A stretch of 63,901 nt of DNA, the filler included, from Octopus bimaculoides (Eukaryota), in the NCBI RefSeq assembly GCF_001194135.2. It is 6 parts of 6 records of this genome, joined end to end, with 100 filler letters (N's around TTAATTAATTAA, not from the genome) between each part and the next. Parts side by side here need not be neighbours in the genome. Positions count along the whole stretch, not along the records: positions 16,597 to 47,997 come from NC_069006.1; positions 48,098 to 53,710 come from NC_068990.1; 4 more parts are not named here. One strand, written 5' to 3'. This document shows positions 39,141-51,720 of the stretch, one piece after another. Each line of letters opens with the position of its first letter. Positions within the stretch are counted from its first letter, which is position 1. The position numbers were made by a program, and so were the translations under genes. Below the pieces are notes generated by a model. It saw only the letters and a list, made by a program, of their open reading frames with translations. It was not told where the DNA came from and searched no databases.

Positions 39141-39758
39141 AGAGAGAGAAAGAGATGGAGAGTGAAAGGAAGATAGGTTAAGATAGAGAGAGAGATAGAG
39201 AAGGAGAGATATATAGTCAGAGAGAAAGATGTAAAATAGAAAGGGAGTAAGAAGAGGGTGGAGACGGACAAATGGAGAGAGAAAGGGAGGTAGACAGACA
39301 AAGAGAGAAAGAGAAATAAAGACAGATGTATATAGAAGGAGGGAAAGGCAGAAGAGAGTGACAGAAAGCGAGAGAGAGAGAAATGGAAGTACAGAAAAGA
39401 ATAGACTGAAATAGAGAGAGAGAGAGAGAGAGATAAATGGATTGACAGGAACAGAGGGAGAGAAATAGATGGTGAAACAAATAGAAGCCGTTTATTATTA
39501 TCAGTGTGTGTGTCACTGGGCAAAAATCAAATAAAAAGAGAGACGATCAATAGGGATGGTTAGCTAGATAGATAGATGGCTAGCTAGATAGATTGGATGG
39601 CTAGCTAGGTAGATTGGATGGCTAGATAGATAGATGGCTAGCTAGATAGACAGATGGCTGGCTAGCTAGCTAGATAGATAGATGGCTAGATAGATAGATT
39701 GGATGGCTAGATAGGTAGATAGAGAGAGCATGAGAGACGGGAAGACAGTTGTATTTAC

Positions 39759-39914
39759 TTGTCAACAAAGCTATAAGACCGAATGCCAGGAAGTCCGGAT
39801 ATTCCGATAAATAATCGACTCGTATTGGCATTGTTGAGTTGAAGTAGTCAATGACTGCATTATCAATGAGGGAATTGAAGTTTGCTGTCCAAGCTCTGGC
39901 CACACTAGCCGTAC
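39759..39914 (-). CDS. SLC7A1-like: Cationic amino-acid transporter, exon 4
   Basis: GTASVARAWTANFNSLI...EYPDFLAFGLIALLT; AG/GT. Confidence 0.96.
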
Positions 39915-41557
39915 CTGAAGTGAAAAATAAAATAAACACATAGTTAATTAAGGCAACTGCATTGAATATAACAAGGATAAGAAAAAATCAATTTAATTAA
40001 TGTGGGTCGTTAATCCTTTATCTGAAATATATGCATGTACTCTTGTAAGTACATATGTGCAAAACAAGGTAGAGAAAATAGTACTCAAATACCAGTATTA
40101 TTTTAGCAATACCGGATAATATAAACAAAAGAATTGACATATATAGTAAAACATTTGATTTTTCTCAAAAATTGATGGCATAATTATGTCAAAGGGTACA
40201 GCACATCTCTAACCAACCTAATAGGGAATCTGGCATCTAGTCTGTGTGTTAAGAAGCTTGCCTCCCAACCACATGGTTTTTGGGTTCAGTCAAAACACAA
40301 ACTAGTGTAGTTTATATGTGAGATTCTTTTGTGTATATGTTTATAAAATCTGGTGTTTTTAGACTGTAAACATAATCACACACTCAGAGACATGCACAAA
40401 AACACACATGTAATTGCTCATAACATGGAGTTATATATTGCCTAATATTGTTAATAATCTTTTCTACTATAGGCTCAAGGGCTGAAATTTTTAGGGAGTT
40501 GGGTAGTTGATTACATCAACCTCTCTGCTCAACTGGTAATTATTTCATTGACCCCAAAAGAATGAAAGTTAAAGTCAACCTTGGCAGAATTTGAACCCAG
40601 AATGTAAAGACATGAAACGCTGCTAAGCAATTCGCCCACCATGCTAACATTGTTAATAACCCTTTCTGCTATAGGCACAAGGGCTGAAATTTTGGGGGAG
40701 GGGGCTAGTTGATTACATCAACCCCTGTACTCAACTGGTAATTATTTCATTGACCTCAAATGGATAAAAGGCAAAGTTGGCCTTGACAGAATTTGAACCC
40801 AGAATGTAAAGACTGATGAAATGCTGCTAAGCAGTTTGAGTGGCGTGCTAATGATTCTCCCATCCCACTGTCTTCGTAATATTGCTAATGATAAGAAATA
40901 ATTATTTTATTGACAACTTGACTATGTAACCTTTCCCCTGCGACCTATTTTCCACGTTTCAAATATTAAATAGTTAACTAATTGATGAATGATAAAAAAG
41001 GTTCCATGGTCTGTTTTGGCTTGGTTTCTACAATGCTAACCACGCCACAATGTACTGGGTGCTTTTTACACAGCACTATCACCCATGTTTTTTACGTGGC
41101 ACCAGTGCTTTTTATTTGGAACCATGACCTGTGCTTTTTAGGTGACACCATCACCAGTGCTTTTTAACGTGGCACTATCGCTAGTGCTTTTTATGTGGCC
41201 ATTTCAATGCACTGCATTCCATTCAACTTATTCTAATCAAGTGTGCTGCAATCAACTCTAATCAACTCTTTTTAGTAAATTGTTTTCAGTCACCTGTTTT
41301 CAATCAAACTCTTTTTGATTAATTGTATTATATGATTAACTGTCAAGTTTTTTCAATCGAATATTTTTCATGAATTCCTTTTTGAACATCTGTATCCATT
41401 CAACTGTTTTTAATCAATTGTACTTAAATCACATGTATTTCAATCGTTTTGGATCAAATGTATTTCAATCGATTATTTTCAATCAGCTGTATTTTCAAAT
41501 CACCTCCTTTTGAACAAACAGTGCCAAACCCATCAAATAATATAGCAGACAACTCAC

Positions 41558-41686
41558 CAATGGCATATTCCAGGATGAGGTTCCACCCAATGATAAAAGC
41601 AATCAGTTCACCAACTGTGATGTAGCTATAGACATAGGCAGAGCCAGTCTTTGGTACACGGGCCCCAAATTCAGCATAACAAAGCC
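41558..41686 (-). CDS. SLC7A1-like: Cationic amino-acid transporter, exon 3
   Basis: [43 protein letters not shown]; AG/GTGAG. Confidence 0.97.
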
Positions 41687-41822
41687 CTGACAGAATAGAA
41701 AAGGAAATCGTTTTTGGTTCTGAAGCGTATAGAAAAAGGAAAATGTTTCATCTTATACATAAATACATAGAAATTGACACAAGCATACATAAATAAGTAA
41801 ACTGATCTTTAATGGTTTCATA

Positions 41823-41888
<66 letters not shown>

Positions 41889-42458
41889 TCAGTCATTTCA
41901 CTGTGGCCATGCTGGAGGAATTGTAGGTGAATTAATTGACTCAATTACTTCTTTAAAATTTTTTTTTTAAGCCTGGTACTTATTCTATCAGTCTCTTTTG
42001 CTAAACCACTAAGTTACAGGTTGTCAAGCAGTGGAGGGGACAAACACAGGCAGGTGCACACACACACACTCACGCACGTATACAACAGGCTTCTTTTAGT
42101 TTCCGTCAACCAAATCCACTCACAAAGCTTTTGTCAGCCTGAGGCTATAATAGAAGACACTCGCCCAAGATGCCATGCAGAGGGACTGAAGCCAGAAACA
42201 GTCCTGCACCTATTGGAGATCTCATATATGTATATATGTATGTGTGTGTGTGTGTACATATTGCTTAATAACCAGTGTTAGAAGTGAGCAAGAAGTACTC
42301 AGTTAAAACCCTTCAAGGGGGTTCCCCACCATGGCTGTAGTCTAATGATTGAAAAAAGTGAAAAAACAAGAAATTAAAGAAAGTGACCACAAAGTAATGA
42401 TGATGAAATCACCACCAACACCACAACAACAGCAACAGGAACAATACAGTGTACTCAC

Positions 42459-42578
42459 CTGCAAGAACAGACACGACTGCAGCAACAAAGAATGATAAAA
42501 CAATTGAGGGTCCAGCCTTGTCACGAGCAACTGCTCCCGACAAAACGTAGGCCCCTGCACCAAGGGTACTTCCAACAC
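42459..42578 (-). CDS. SLC7A1-like: Cationic amino-acid transporter, exon 2
   Basis: [40 protein letters not shown] (TM1 GSTLGAG motif); AG/GTGAG. Confidence 0.97.
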
Positions 42579-43135
42579 CTGAAATAATAAAACAGAATTA
42601 TCATTATTAAAAAAAGGAAAGGAGGCGGGTGAGCTGGCAGAATTGTTAGCAAACCAGGCAAAAAATGCTTAGTGGCATCATGTGTCCCCATTCTGAGTTC
42701 AAATTCTGCCAAAGTCGACTTTGCCTTTTATTGTTTTGGGGTCGATAAATTAAGTACCAGTTGCTGATTAGTCCCCACTTGCAAAATTTCAGTCTTTGTG
42801 CTTTTAGCAGAAAGAGTTATTAAAAATGAAAGAATAATTAATGTTGGTTTCAAATTTTGACACAAGGCCAGCAATATTGGAGAGGGAGGGGAGCTTGTCG
42901 ATTACTTTGACCCTACAACCCCCACTGGTACTTATTTTATCAACCTCTGAAATGGTGACACACAAAGTCAACCCTGGCAGAATTTGAACTTAAAACAAAG
43001 TTGAAAGAAATTTTTGTTTAGCATTTTGTCCAGCTTGCAAATAATTCTATCAGTTTGTCACCTTAATAATAATAATAATAATAATAATCCTTTCTACTAT
43101 GTGCAAATGTGTATGTGCAAGTGTGTGCGTATGCA

Positions 43136-43181
<46 letters not shown>

Positions 43182-43218
43182 TGTGTGTGTGTGCAAACAC
43201 CAATTGTTAAAAACTCAC

Positions 43219-43336
43219 CCAAGAGTGTTAGGTCAAGTAAAGTGAGTACTCTTGCCAACTTAGTTTTCTCCAGACACTCATTGCTCATTGGTTTCTTTCG
43301 AAACAGATTCATTAAAATTCTCATTAAAATGGCCAT
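43219..43336 (-). CDS. SLC7A1-like: Cationic amino-acid transporter, first coding exon (exon starts at 43358)
   Basis: Acceptor aacAG at 43359-43360, strong context ACCATGG. MAILMRILMNLFRKKPMSNECLEKTKLARVLTLLDLTLL; GTGAG donor. The 13 exons total 1734 nt in one frame. Confidence 0.93.
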
Positions 43337-45191
43337 GGTTAGAACTTGGAACTTCAACCTGTTAATGACAACAATTACAACATAGAGAAAATAAACATTT
43401 AAAAAAGACAAAAGAAAAAAAAAATCTAGTAACACCAAGCAGGTGTGGCTGTGGAATAAGAAGCTTGCTTCTCAACCATATGGTTTCGGGTTCAGTCCTA
43501 GTGCGTGGCACCTTGGGCAAGTGTCTACTATCGCCTTGGGCTGACCAAAGCCTTGTGAGTGGATTTGATTGACAGAAACAGAAAGAAGACCATCATGTGT
43601 GTGCGTGTGTATGTGTGTGTTTGTTAACATCCCCGTAACTCGGCAGTTTGGCAAAAGACAGCAACAGAATAAGTTCTAGTCTTAAAAGAAATAAAGATTG
43701 GCTATTTTGAAGCAGAAGGAATAAACAAGGTGGTTTTCGTAGGGCCTGGTAAGTGTGGAGTGTTGGGTCAATAAGTTAGGCCAATAAGAAGAGGAGAGAA
43801 ATGAGTGATTTGGGAGTGCTTGGGTTAGAAGTGATGAGAGATCAACCAGCTGTGAGGAGCAGAGGCCATTATAGTATCAGTAGGAAAAGCAGGGAGATGA
43901 CACAGCATGTATGTAAAGCAAGAGCTGAAGTGAGTTGATGAAGACTTCATGTCAGTCAGAAGGGTGGTCTTTTCTTGGACAATGCAGTCAAGGCTGTCTA
44001 TCTATATATGTAGTTGCAGCATCACTTCAGGTGGGATCTCAGAATGAGACAGTTGGGCACAACTGTTTGGGTGCTGCGCGCGCGCGGCGTGAGTGTAACT
44101 GTGCTTGTCTCTCATCATCGCTTGACAACCAGTGTCTATGTCCCCTGTAACTTAGTGGTTTGGCAAAAGAGACTGATAGAATAAGTGCCAGGCTTTAAGA
44201 AAATAAATAAGTACCAGGGTCGATTCATTCGACTAAAAGTTCTTAGAGACGGTGTCCCAGCATGGCCGCAGTCCAATGACTGAAACAAGTAAAAGATAAA
44301 AAAAAAGATGGGATTTTTAAAACATGGAATGGCTACGGGAATCCACCAGAATAAAATAGTAATCGAAAGAGTTCAGAGATAAAAATAATGGTTACGAACC
44401 ACAGGGCTATATGTAATCGATCAGTACTTCTCTTGGTTATACATATATTACATATATATATGTACATATGTATATAAAAATATATATATATATTATCTAC
44501 ATACACTATGTTATCTTCAATGGAGATAAATATACATTTGAAACTACGAAAATTCTGCAGAGGTAGTCTTCAACGAAATTTGTCTATTCGTACATATTCA
44601 CTCTACCTATTCTATATCAGATATAAACAAACGAGCGCGTTTTCCCCACGCAAACCCGCAAACCATGTTATTATTATATATGTTTATGTAGAAACATCAC
44701 GGAAACAGTCTGTGTTGTGCATTCGTTCTTTTTCTTGAATTTTTGTTTAAGATAAACCGTTTTCCAAAAGCGCTGCTTGGCATGTCTCTGGAGAACGGAG
44801 AATGCAAGAATACAACTCAGATCATTTTAAGCTATGTCTTTCTCAATTTAATGTCCTCTTTTTGTTTGGTTTCTCTTTTTAAAAGAAACAAGTTTCTATT
44901 TTAGTCGGTTTATCGATTTTACGTCTGTCTCAAAAGAACCGCTTGAAAACCAATACTGACGTATAAAAATCAAATCAAATACGTATGAAAATATGTATTA
45001 ATCGTTTATTAGAACAGCTAATAAATTCTTCAAAATGATTTTCCATGTTAAGTCGTTTTATGACTTCAGCTGCATGTCTTAGGACCAATTACTGAAATAT
45101 GTCGAGGTATGTGTGTGCATAAGATTCAGTTGATTTAGGTAAAGTTGAGGCACCAAGTCAGTCCGTTAATATCTGAATAAGGTGAATAAAA

Positions 45192-45297
45192 ATCAAATAA
45201 GTAACAAGAATGTCAATGTATGAATGCAATAATACCTTGACAAGGGTGTTAAGGTATTAATACATTAATACCTTGACATCCTTGTTACTTATTTGAT
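45192..45297. repeat. Small nested foldback element
   Basis: 25-bp outer inverted repeats (45192-45216 and 45273-45297) plus an inner 22-bp hairpin at 45240-45285. Confidence 0.8.
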
Positions 45298-45392
45298 ATA
45301 TATGTATGTATGTATAATTTAAGACAAACAGTGTCATAATATTCTTAGTACTATAATGACAACTTACTGTTTGTCTAAATTATACATATATT

Positions 45393-45753
45393 GTTGTTGG
45401 CACTCCGTCCCTTAGGACGTCGAGGGTTCCAGGTGATCCGATCAACGGAACAGCCTGCTCGTGAAATTAACGTGCAAGTGGCTGAGCGCTCCACAGACAA
45501 GTGTACCCTTCACGTAGTTCTCGGGGAGATTCAGCGTGACACAGAGTGTGACAAGGCTGACCCTTTGAATTACAGGCACAACAGTAAGAGTGAGAGAAAG
45601 TTGTGGTGAAAGAGTAAAGCAGGGTTCGCCACCATTCCCTGCCGGAGCCTCGTGAAGCTTTTAGGTGTTTTCGCTCAATAAACACTCACAACGCCCGGTC
45701 TGGGAATCGAAACCGCGAGTCCGCTGCCCTAACCACTGGGCCATTGCGCCTCC
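45393..45753 (-). mobile_element. tRNA-derived SINE family D (TGGAGGCGCAATGGCCCAGTGGTTAG head, (CAA)n tail)
   Basis: A-box and B-box-like head on the minus strand; near-identical copy at 48779-49172. Confidence 0.85.
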
Positions 45754-47136
45754 ACTATGCATATATAAATAATCCTCTACCTAATATCGAGGTCTTATTC
45801 TTTTGTAATTATCATTATTATTATATATAAATATTTCTTTGCTATATATACTTCTTTGTTCCATATGTCAGGTCGGTCGCCCTCGAGTGCTATTAGTCGC
45901 TCTTGATCGCTATTGGTTTACATGTGACCCCAACAGTACAACTTGTTACATGGTCGGGTCGTCGGCGACTAAACTGAGTAAACTTTGACACTTTCGAGAC
46001 GAAAAATAAGACCTGGTCGCTCGAATTGTTAGAAAGAGCAACCAAATCTTCCTGACAAAACGAAAAATGAAATTTCCTTCTTCAAGAAAAAAAAAAAACA
46101 AGTTTATATTATTCTATAACGTTTGCTTAGGAATTCATTGCTTCTAGAAAAGAAAAAGACAATATGGTCATGGCTGGAACGCCTTTTCTCACAGATCCAT
46201 TACAATCAGAGCTATCCTCTGGTTAAAGCAATATTCTTCATTGAATGATGAAGCAGATAAAGTTAAAGAAATGTTGAAAGAATAAAAGATAGCAAGTATC
46301 CATATTCCAAATAAAACCCGTTACGTCTCCGTAACTTAGCTGTTCGGCAAAAGAGACTGATAGAATAAGTAGTCTTCGATATGCAATGCCCAAGAGAAAA
46401 ACGCTCAGATGGCCACCGTTCGAGAAGCAAACACCTTTGATCACACAACTGATCAGCCAGAATAAACAGCAACAGCCAACTTTCTTTGCCCTAATAAGGA
46501 GATTTACTATCATGATCACCCATAAGTAGTTGAAAACATGTTATCTAGGTGTTCTAATCAAGTTTGGTGGAGGATACTCTGAAAGCAACAGAATAACAAA
46601 TTAACACACACACAATAAGACAAAAAACACATCTTCAACAGTCAGTTACAATTGTTTCCGTACCAACTGCGCTTTCGACGCCAGAATATGGCTCATCGTG
46701 AAGGAGATACGAGCCAAGTGCCAGTAAAGAAACAGATTAGGACAAACACAACCGTTAGATATATGAGAGTAAGTTTATTAACATAGTGAAACCGTTTGTG
46801 TCTGTGTGCGCGTGCATGCGACATATATAATTAACACAGAAGATAAGTCAGGCCTTCGTGTACAAGAGAAGGTATACAACAGTGTGAAGTGACGGACAGT
46901 CGTATAAGCAATAGTGTGTGTACAATATGTGAGTATGAATGAGAGGAAACACAGAATATAGAAAGAGTGTCTGTAACATAGACTACCAGTCTCAAACACT
47001 GAGATAGAGAAATACCAGTTCGTATTAGAGTTACACGAGGAGATAGAATGTTCATACGCCGGAAGTTGTGGCCAAGGAGCAGAGCTGCGGAATCACAATA
47101 TGTGTGTTGAGTGTCGAATGCTGTGACCGATGTTAC

Positions 47137-47352
47137 CTGATACGTAATATTCTCGCTGGTTAGTTCTGACTGTTGTTCGTGGTGGAAACAATCCACTTAA
47201 CAGCGTCGAGATAAAACCGCGCTTGTTGGTGTTGCTGGCGACGACAATGGTAGACAGTACATTGGTGGTGAAGACGTCGGCGCTGAAACTGGCTGTAGCT
47301 GTGTTCTGTATGTGTGGTCAGCGACCAAACCTGTGAGAGATCTGAAATCGAA
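47137..47352 (-). other. Putative non-coding leader exon of the transporter, containing a 21-codon uORF (47197-47262)
   Basis: CAG/GTAAC donor at 47136. The start is inferred about 30 nt downstream of TATAAA. The single ATG gives MYCLPLSSPATPTSAVLSRRC then TAA. Confidence 0.5.
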
Positions 47353-47376
47353 GACGATTGCCGTCGTTGGATCGAG

Positions 47377-47514
47377 TTTATAGGCGAAATAGGGCTCACC
47401 GGAAATACAGAAAAACTCTCTATCACGTGACTTTATCAGAAGCCACGATTGGACATAATCCACCCATAGCAAACAGAACATGGGGACAATTGCCGCGCAA
47501 ATAAGAACCAATCA
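47377..47514 (-). promoter_or_regulatory. Putative transporter promoter: TATA box, E-box/CLEAR-like element, two CCAAT boxes
   Basis: TATAAA on minus 47377-47382, GTCACGTGAT on minus 47422-47431, CCAAT on minus 47448-47452, AACCAATCAG on plus around 47508-47512. Locally CpG-rich. Confidence 0.6.
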
Positions 47515-48097
47515 GGATAGTGGACAGAAGGGACCAAGGCAGCCGAAGGCTAGATGTTAGCAGCTTCGTTATCATTTATGATTGAATGCCCGAGAGAGGT
47601 TTCACTACATATGTATAGATCGTTACTTTTCATTAAAAAGCCTTTATGTTTCATATCCAATGTGCATTTTCATTTTTTTCTTTTCCCTCGTCTATACACC
47701 ATATAGTCTCTTTTCTCTTTGAAACCTGTTTATATATATATATATATATATTATGGTTTTGTTTAAGCATAGTGATATCAATCTGGGCAAAAGATTGACA
47801 GACTGATCTGATAGTCACAGCTTAGAGTTCACCCAGGGCTAAACAACAACAGCCCTAGATAGATGACACGAAGAAGCAAAATTTAGTTGTGAAATTGAAA
47901 TTTCTATTCTGGGAGTGTAACACATGCGTTATATGCCTTGGAATTCCCCCCCCCTCTTCTTATCTGCTTTCTTTCTTTACTTTTCTCCTCATTAACANNN
48001 NNNNNNNNNNNNNNNNNNNNNNNNNNNNNNNNNNNNNNNNNTTAATTAATTAANNNNNNNNNNNNNNNNNNNNNNNNNNNNNNNNNNNNNNNNNNNN

Positions 48098-48171
<74 letters not shown>

Positions 48172-48778
48172 GATGCAGTAATAGGTCACTAGAAAGAGTT
48201 ACACACACACAGACACATAAGTATGTGTGTTGTGTGGTAATGTGTGTGCACGTGTTTGTGCGTTGCAATTTTTGTGTGTGTTTGTGGGTATGTGTGTGTT
48301 TGTATATTTAAAGTTGGTGAGAGAGAACAAAGAATGAATCTTTTGGCTTTAATTGAAGGCTTAGTGTTTATTTATTTATCTTTTGTGTCTTCTGTTCGAT
48401 GAAAATAGAAATGATCTTTGCTGAAAAGGTCTTATATAATCATACTTACGAATTGATACCACAATACATACATAAATGAATCGAAAAAAAAAGAAGAAAA
48501 GAAAGAAGCAAGGTTGGAAGAAAGGAAGAAAAAAATATCAGATGTTCTGAACAACAGCAAAATTACTATGGAAAAATATTAGTACTGACCACGAGAGATT
48601 TTTATAACGCTTATAAAGTCAATTCGTCTAATCCTTGTCTGTTATGTTTTTATGTGATGTACAATAGGTGAGATTCTGGACTGAAGTTATTTGATTTACT
48701 GTAGTTGAATTAGGCGGTTTATTTTTAGTCTCATTGTTTGTGAGTTGCCACTAACTTCGTGAGGATTCTGTGATATCT

Positions 48779-49172
48779 GTAGTTGTTGTTGTTGGCACTC
48801 CGTCGCTTACGACGTCGAGGGTTCCAGTTGATCCGACCAACGGAACAGCCTGCTCGGGAAATTAACGTGCAAGTGGCTGAGCACTCCACAGACACGTGTA
48901 CTCTTAACGTAGTTCTCGGGGATATTCAGCGTGACACAATGTGACAAGGCTGAACCCTTTGAATTACAGGTACAACAGAAACAGGAAGTTAGAGTGAGAG
49001 AAAGTTGTGGTGAAAGAGTACTGCAGGGTTCGCCACCATCCTTTGCCGGAGCCTCGTGGAGCTTTATGTGTTTTCGCTCAATAAACACTCCCAGCGCCCG
49101 GTCTGAGAATCGAAACCGCAATCCTATGACCGCCAGTCCGCTGCTTTAACCACTGGGCCATTGCACCTCCAG
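48779..49172 (-). mobile_element. SINE family D copy with intact 12-bp target-site duplication
   Basis: TCTGTGATATCT at 48767-48778 and at 49173-49184. Confidence 0.88.
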
Positions 49173-50120
49173 TCTGTGATATCTATATAGGACTCAAGCT
49201 GCTTTTAGATTCCTGTAAACTGCTGTGTAACCATTGTTTTGTGAAGGATATCTTAAAGATCCTTACACATGGAGCTAGGACGTCAGTTTTTTAATTTGAA
49301 AATAAAAATTTAAGGCGTGTTTTCTTAAACGTTGTCTCCTAGCGTACCCGTTTGTCATGTTCTGCAGTGTTAGCCTACCCATGAGTACATACAAATCTAC
49401 TGTACGTACAAATCTACAAATCTATTAATTATGTTGTTAGTTATTTTTGATTTACCGCTAAACTCCTGGGGCTACTGTGATATCTATAGTAGTTCCATGT
49501 TGCTTTCATATTCCTGTCTTTATTGTCTTGAGACGAATATCGTAAGAATCATCTAACACAGGGTTAGGACACCAGTTTATTCAAGGCAGTGATTCTTAAA
49601 CGCTGTCTTCCAGCGTACCCGTTTGTCATGTTCAGCAGTGTTGTGTGTTGCGTACAAGTCTATTGTATCGATTGCTTATACTGTGAAACGCGTTGTTTTT
49701 AATGCTAAACTGTTTGTGAAAATATTTCTTCGTGTTCTGTCATTTGTTTGTTCTGATGTGGAGGTGCATGACTTAGTGGACTCATGATCGTAAGATTGAA
49801 GTTTCGACTCCTCCTGGATCGAGCAAAACCTTGTACTCGTAAGCAAAAATCTTCATTTCTCACTGCTCCAGTCCACTCAGCTGGTAAAATGTAAAATCCT
49901 GCGAAGGACCGGCGTCCCGTTCAGGGAAGAATAAATCAAGAAACCGGACTAATATGAACTTACCAAATTTTCTTGTTTAATGTAATTTCATATAGATGTA
50001 CATCCTGAAAAGGGAGAGGTGTTACCTTAGTTCACTGGTAGTGAAGAGCTGACACCGTAGTACATCTCCAGCGTTAGAAGGTGTGTAAAGGCAATGATGA
50101 TGATGATGATGATGATGATG

Positions 50121-50189
<69 letters not shown>

Positions 50190-50220
50190 GTGGGGGAGCA
50201 TCATAGCTATNNNNNNNNNN

Positions 50221-50260
<40 letters not shown>

Positions 50261-50600
50261 GTGGGGGAGCATCATAGCTATGTGTTGAAAGGAATTCTTT
50301 GGGATTTGAATAATTCACCTTTGGAAATATGGGTGTTTTGCTCAGCATCCTTCAATAAACCTTATTCAGGGACCTTTTGAGCGGGATGGGCTACTCGACC
50401 TGAAGAAACTTCTATCTGGGCCTCACCTGCGAGGTCATGCACTGTTTATCCTGAAATGAGATCACCATGTCGCGCACATATGGTTGTGATGCATGTGCCT
50501 GGTGTACCCTCATCAGATGGGTAGTCATGATGGGTATACCTCAGTGTTACTTTGATGGCATGCACTGCTCTCTCACTCAATATTATTAATGATGATGATT

Positions 50601-50633
<33 letters not shown>

Positions 50634-51019
50634 GTGATGGTGATGGTGGTGATGATGATGATGATGATGATGATAACGGTTTCGAATTTTGCCGCAAGTG
50701 CAGCAATTTGTGGGGAGGGGATGAGTCGATTATATCGACCCCAATGTTCAACTAGTACTTAATTTATCGACTCCGAAACGACAAAAGGCTAAGTCAACAT
50801 CGGCGAAATTTGAACTTTGAACGTGAAGACGGACGAAATACCTCTAAGTATTATGTCCGGCGTGCTAGCCATTCTGCCAATTCGCCGCCTTAATAAAAAC
50901 AACAGCAATAATAATGATTCAAATTTTGGCGCAAGGCCAGCAATTTCGGAGTTGTCGATCGGTAGGTGCTAATCGATTACAGTCCTTATTTTATTGAGGC
51001 CGGAATGAGATGAAAGTCA

Positions 51020-51720
51020 ACCTCGACGAAAAATAATTATAAAATAACAACTTAATATTGATGGAATTGCTATGATGAGTCAACCAACAATCATTTTTGC
51101 ATTTATGGCCTCAAAATGTATGTTGCAATTATTGAACAACTAGAAACACTACCACAGAGAGTGCACAGATTAGCCAAAGTTATCAATATTAGAATCAGGT
51201 TTAGAAAAACGCTCCAATGCGTCCGTGAAGAGGACAAATTAATGAGGAATATTACTATCATGTTAGATTAATATACTGGTGTAAGATAATTAAACTAGGC
51301 ACTGATATGCAACCACTTAAGTTTCAATAAGCGAGGTGATATACAACGAAGATAAATGAACGATATGGAAAGAATATTATGGATGCATATGGAAAGAATA
51401 TTATAGAGTGTCTTTAAAATAGACCTTAATGAAAACGAATATGTTATTACTACTCTAGCTGTCCCAGCATTAATTTACAGTTATATTATTCTCACAAAGA
51501 TGTTAAACGACCACGCAACACAAGAAAAATAAATAATGTATTTGAAAAAAAAAAAAAATTAAGGTGGGGTCACCCACTGCAAGCAAACTTAATAATAAAG
51601 CTGGCTCTAGCGTATATGATTTTATTTAACTTCAAATTACAACTTACTGAGAATAGCCATTCTTAACTCAGATATTACAATTATGCTTTTAAACCACTGA
51701 CATCCGAACTACGTTTTCAG
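51020..51720 (+). mobile_element. Decayed Dong/R4-like RT remnant
   Basis: A TLAVPALIYSY segment near 51450-51490 resembles the post-RT thumb region of RLE LINEs; otherwise heavily mutated. Confidence 0.45.

Noticed and set aside
46831-47511. Two abutting minus-strand ORFs (121 and 104 aa)
   Set aside because: No recognisable homology. The upstream one starts inside the promoter motifs and the other starts at GTG and crosses the inferred donor. Only the 21-codon uORF is retained.
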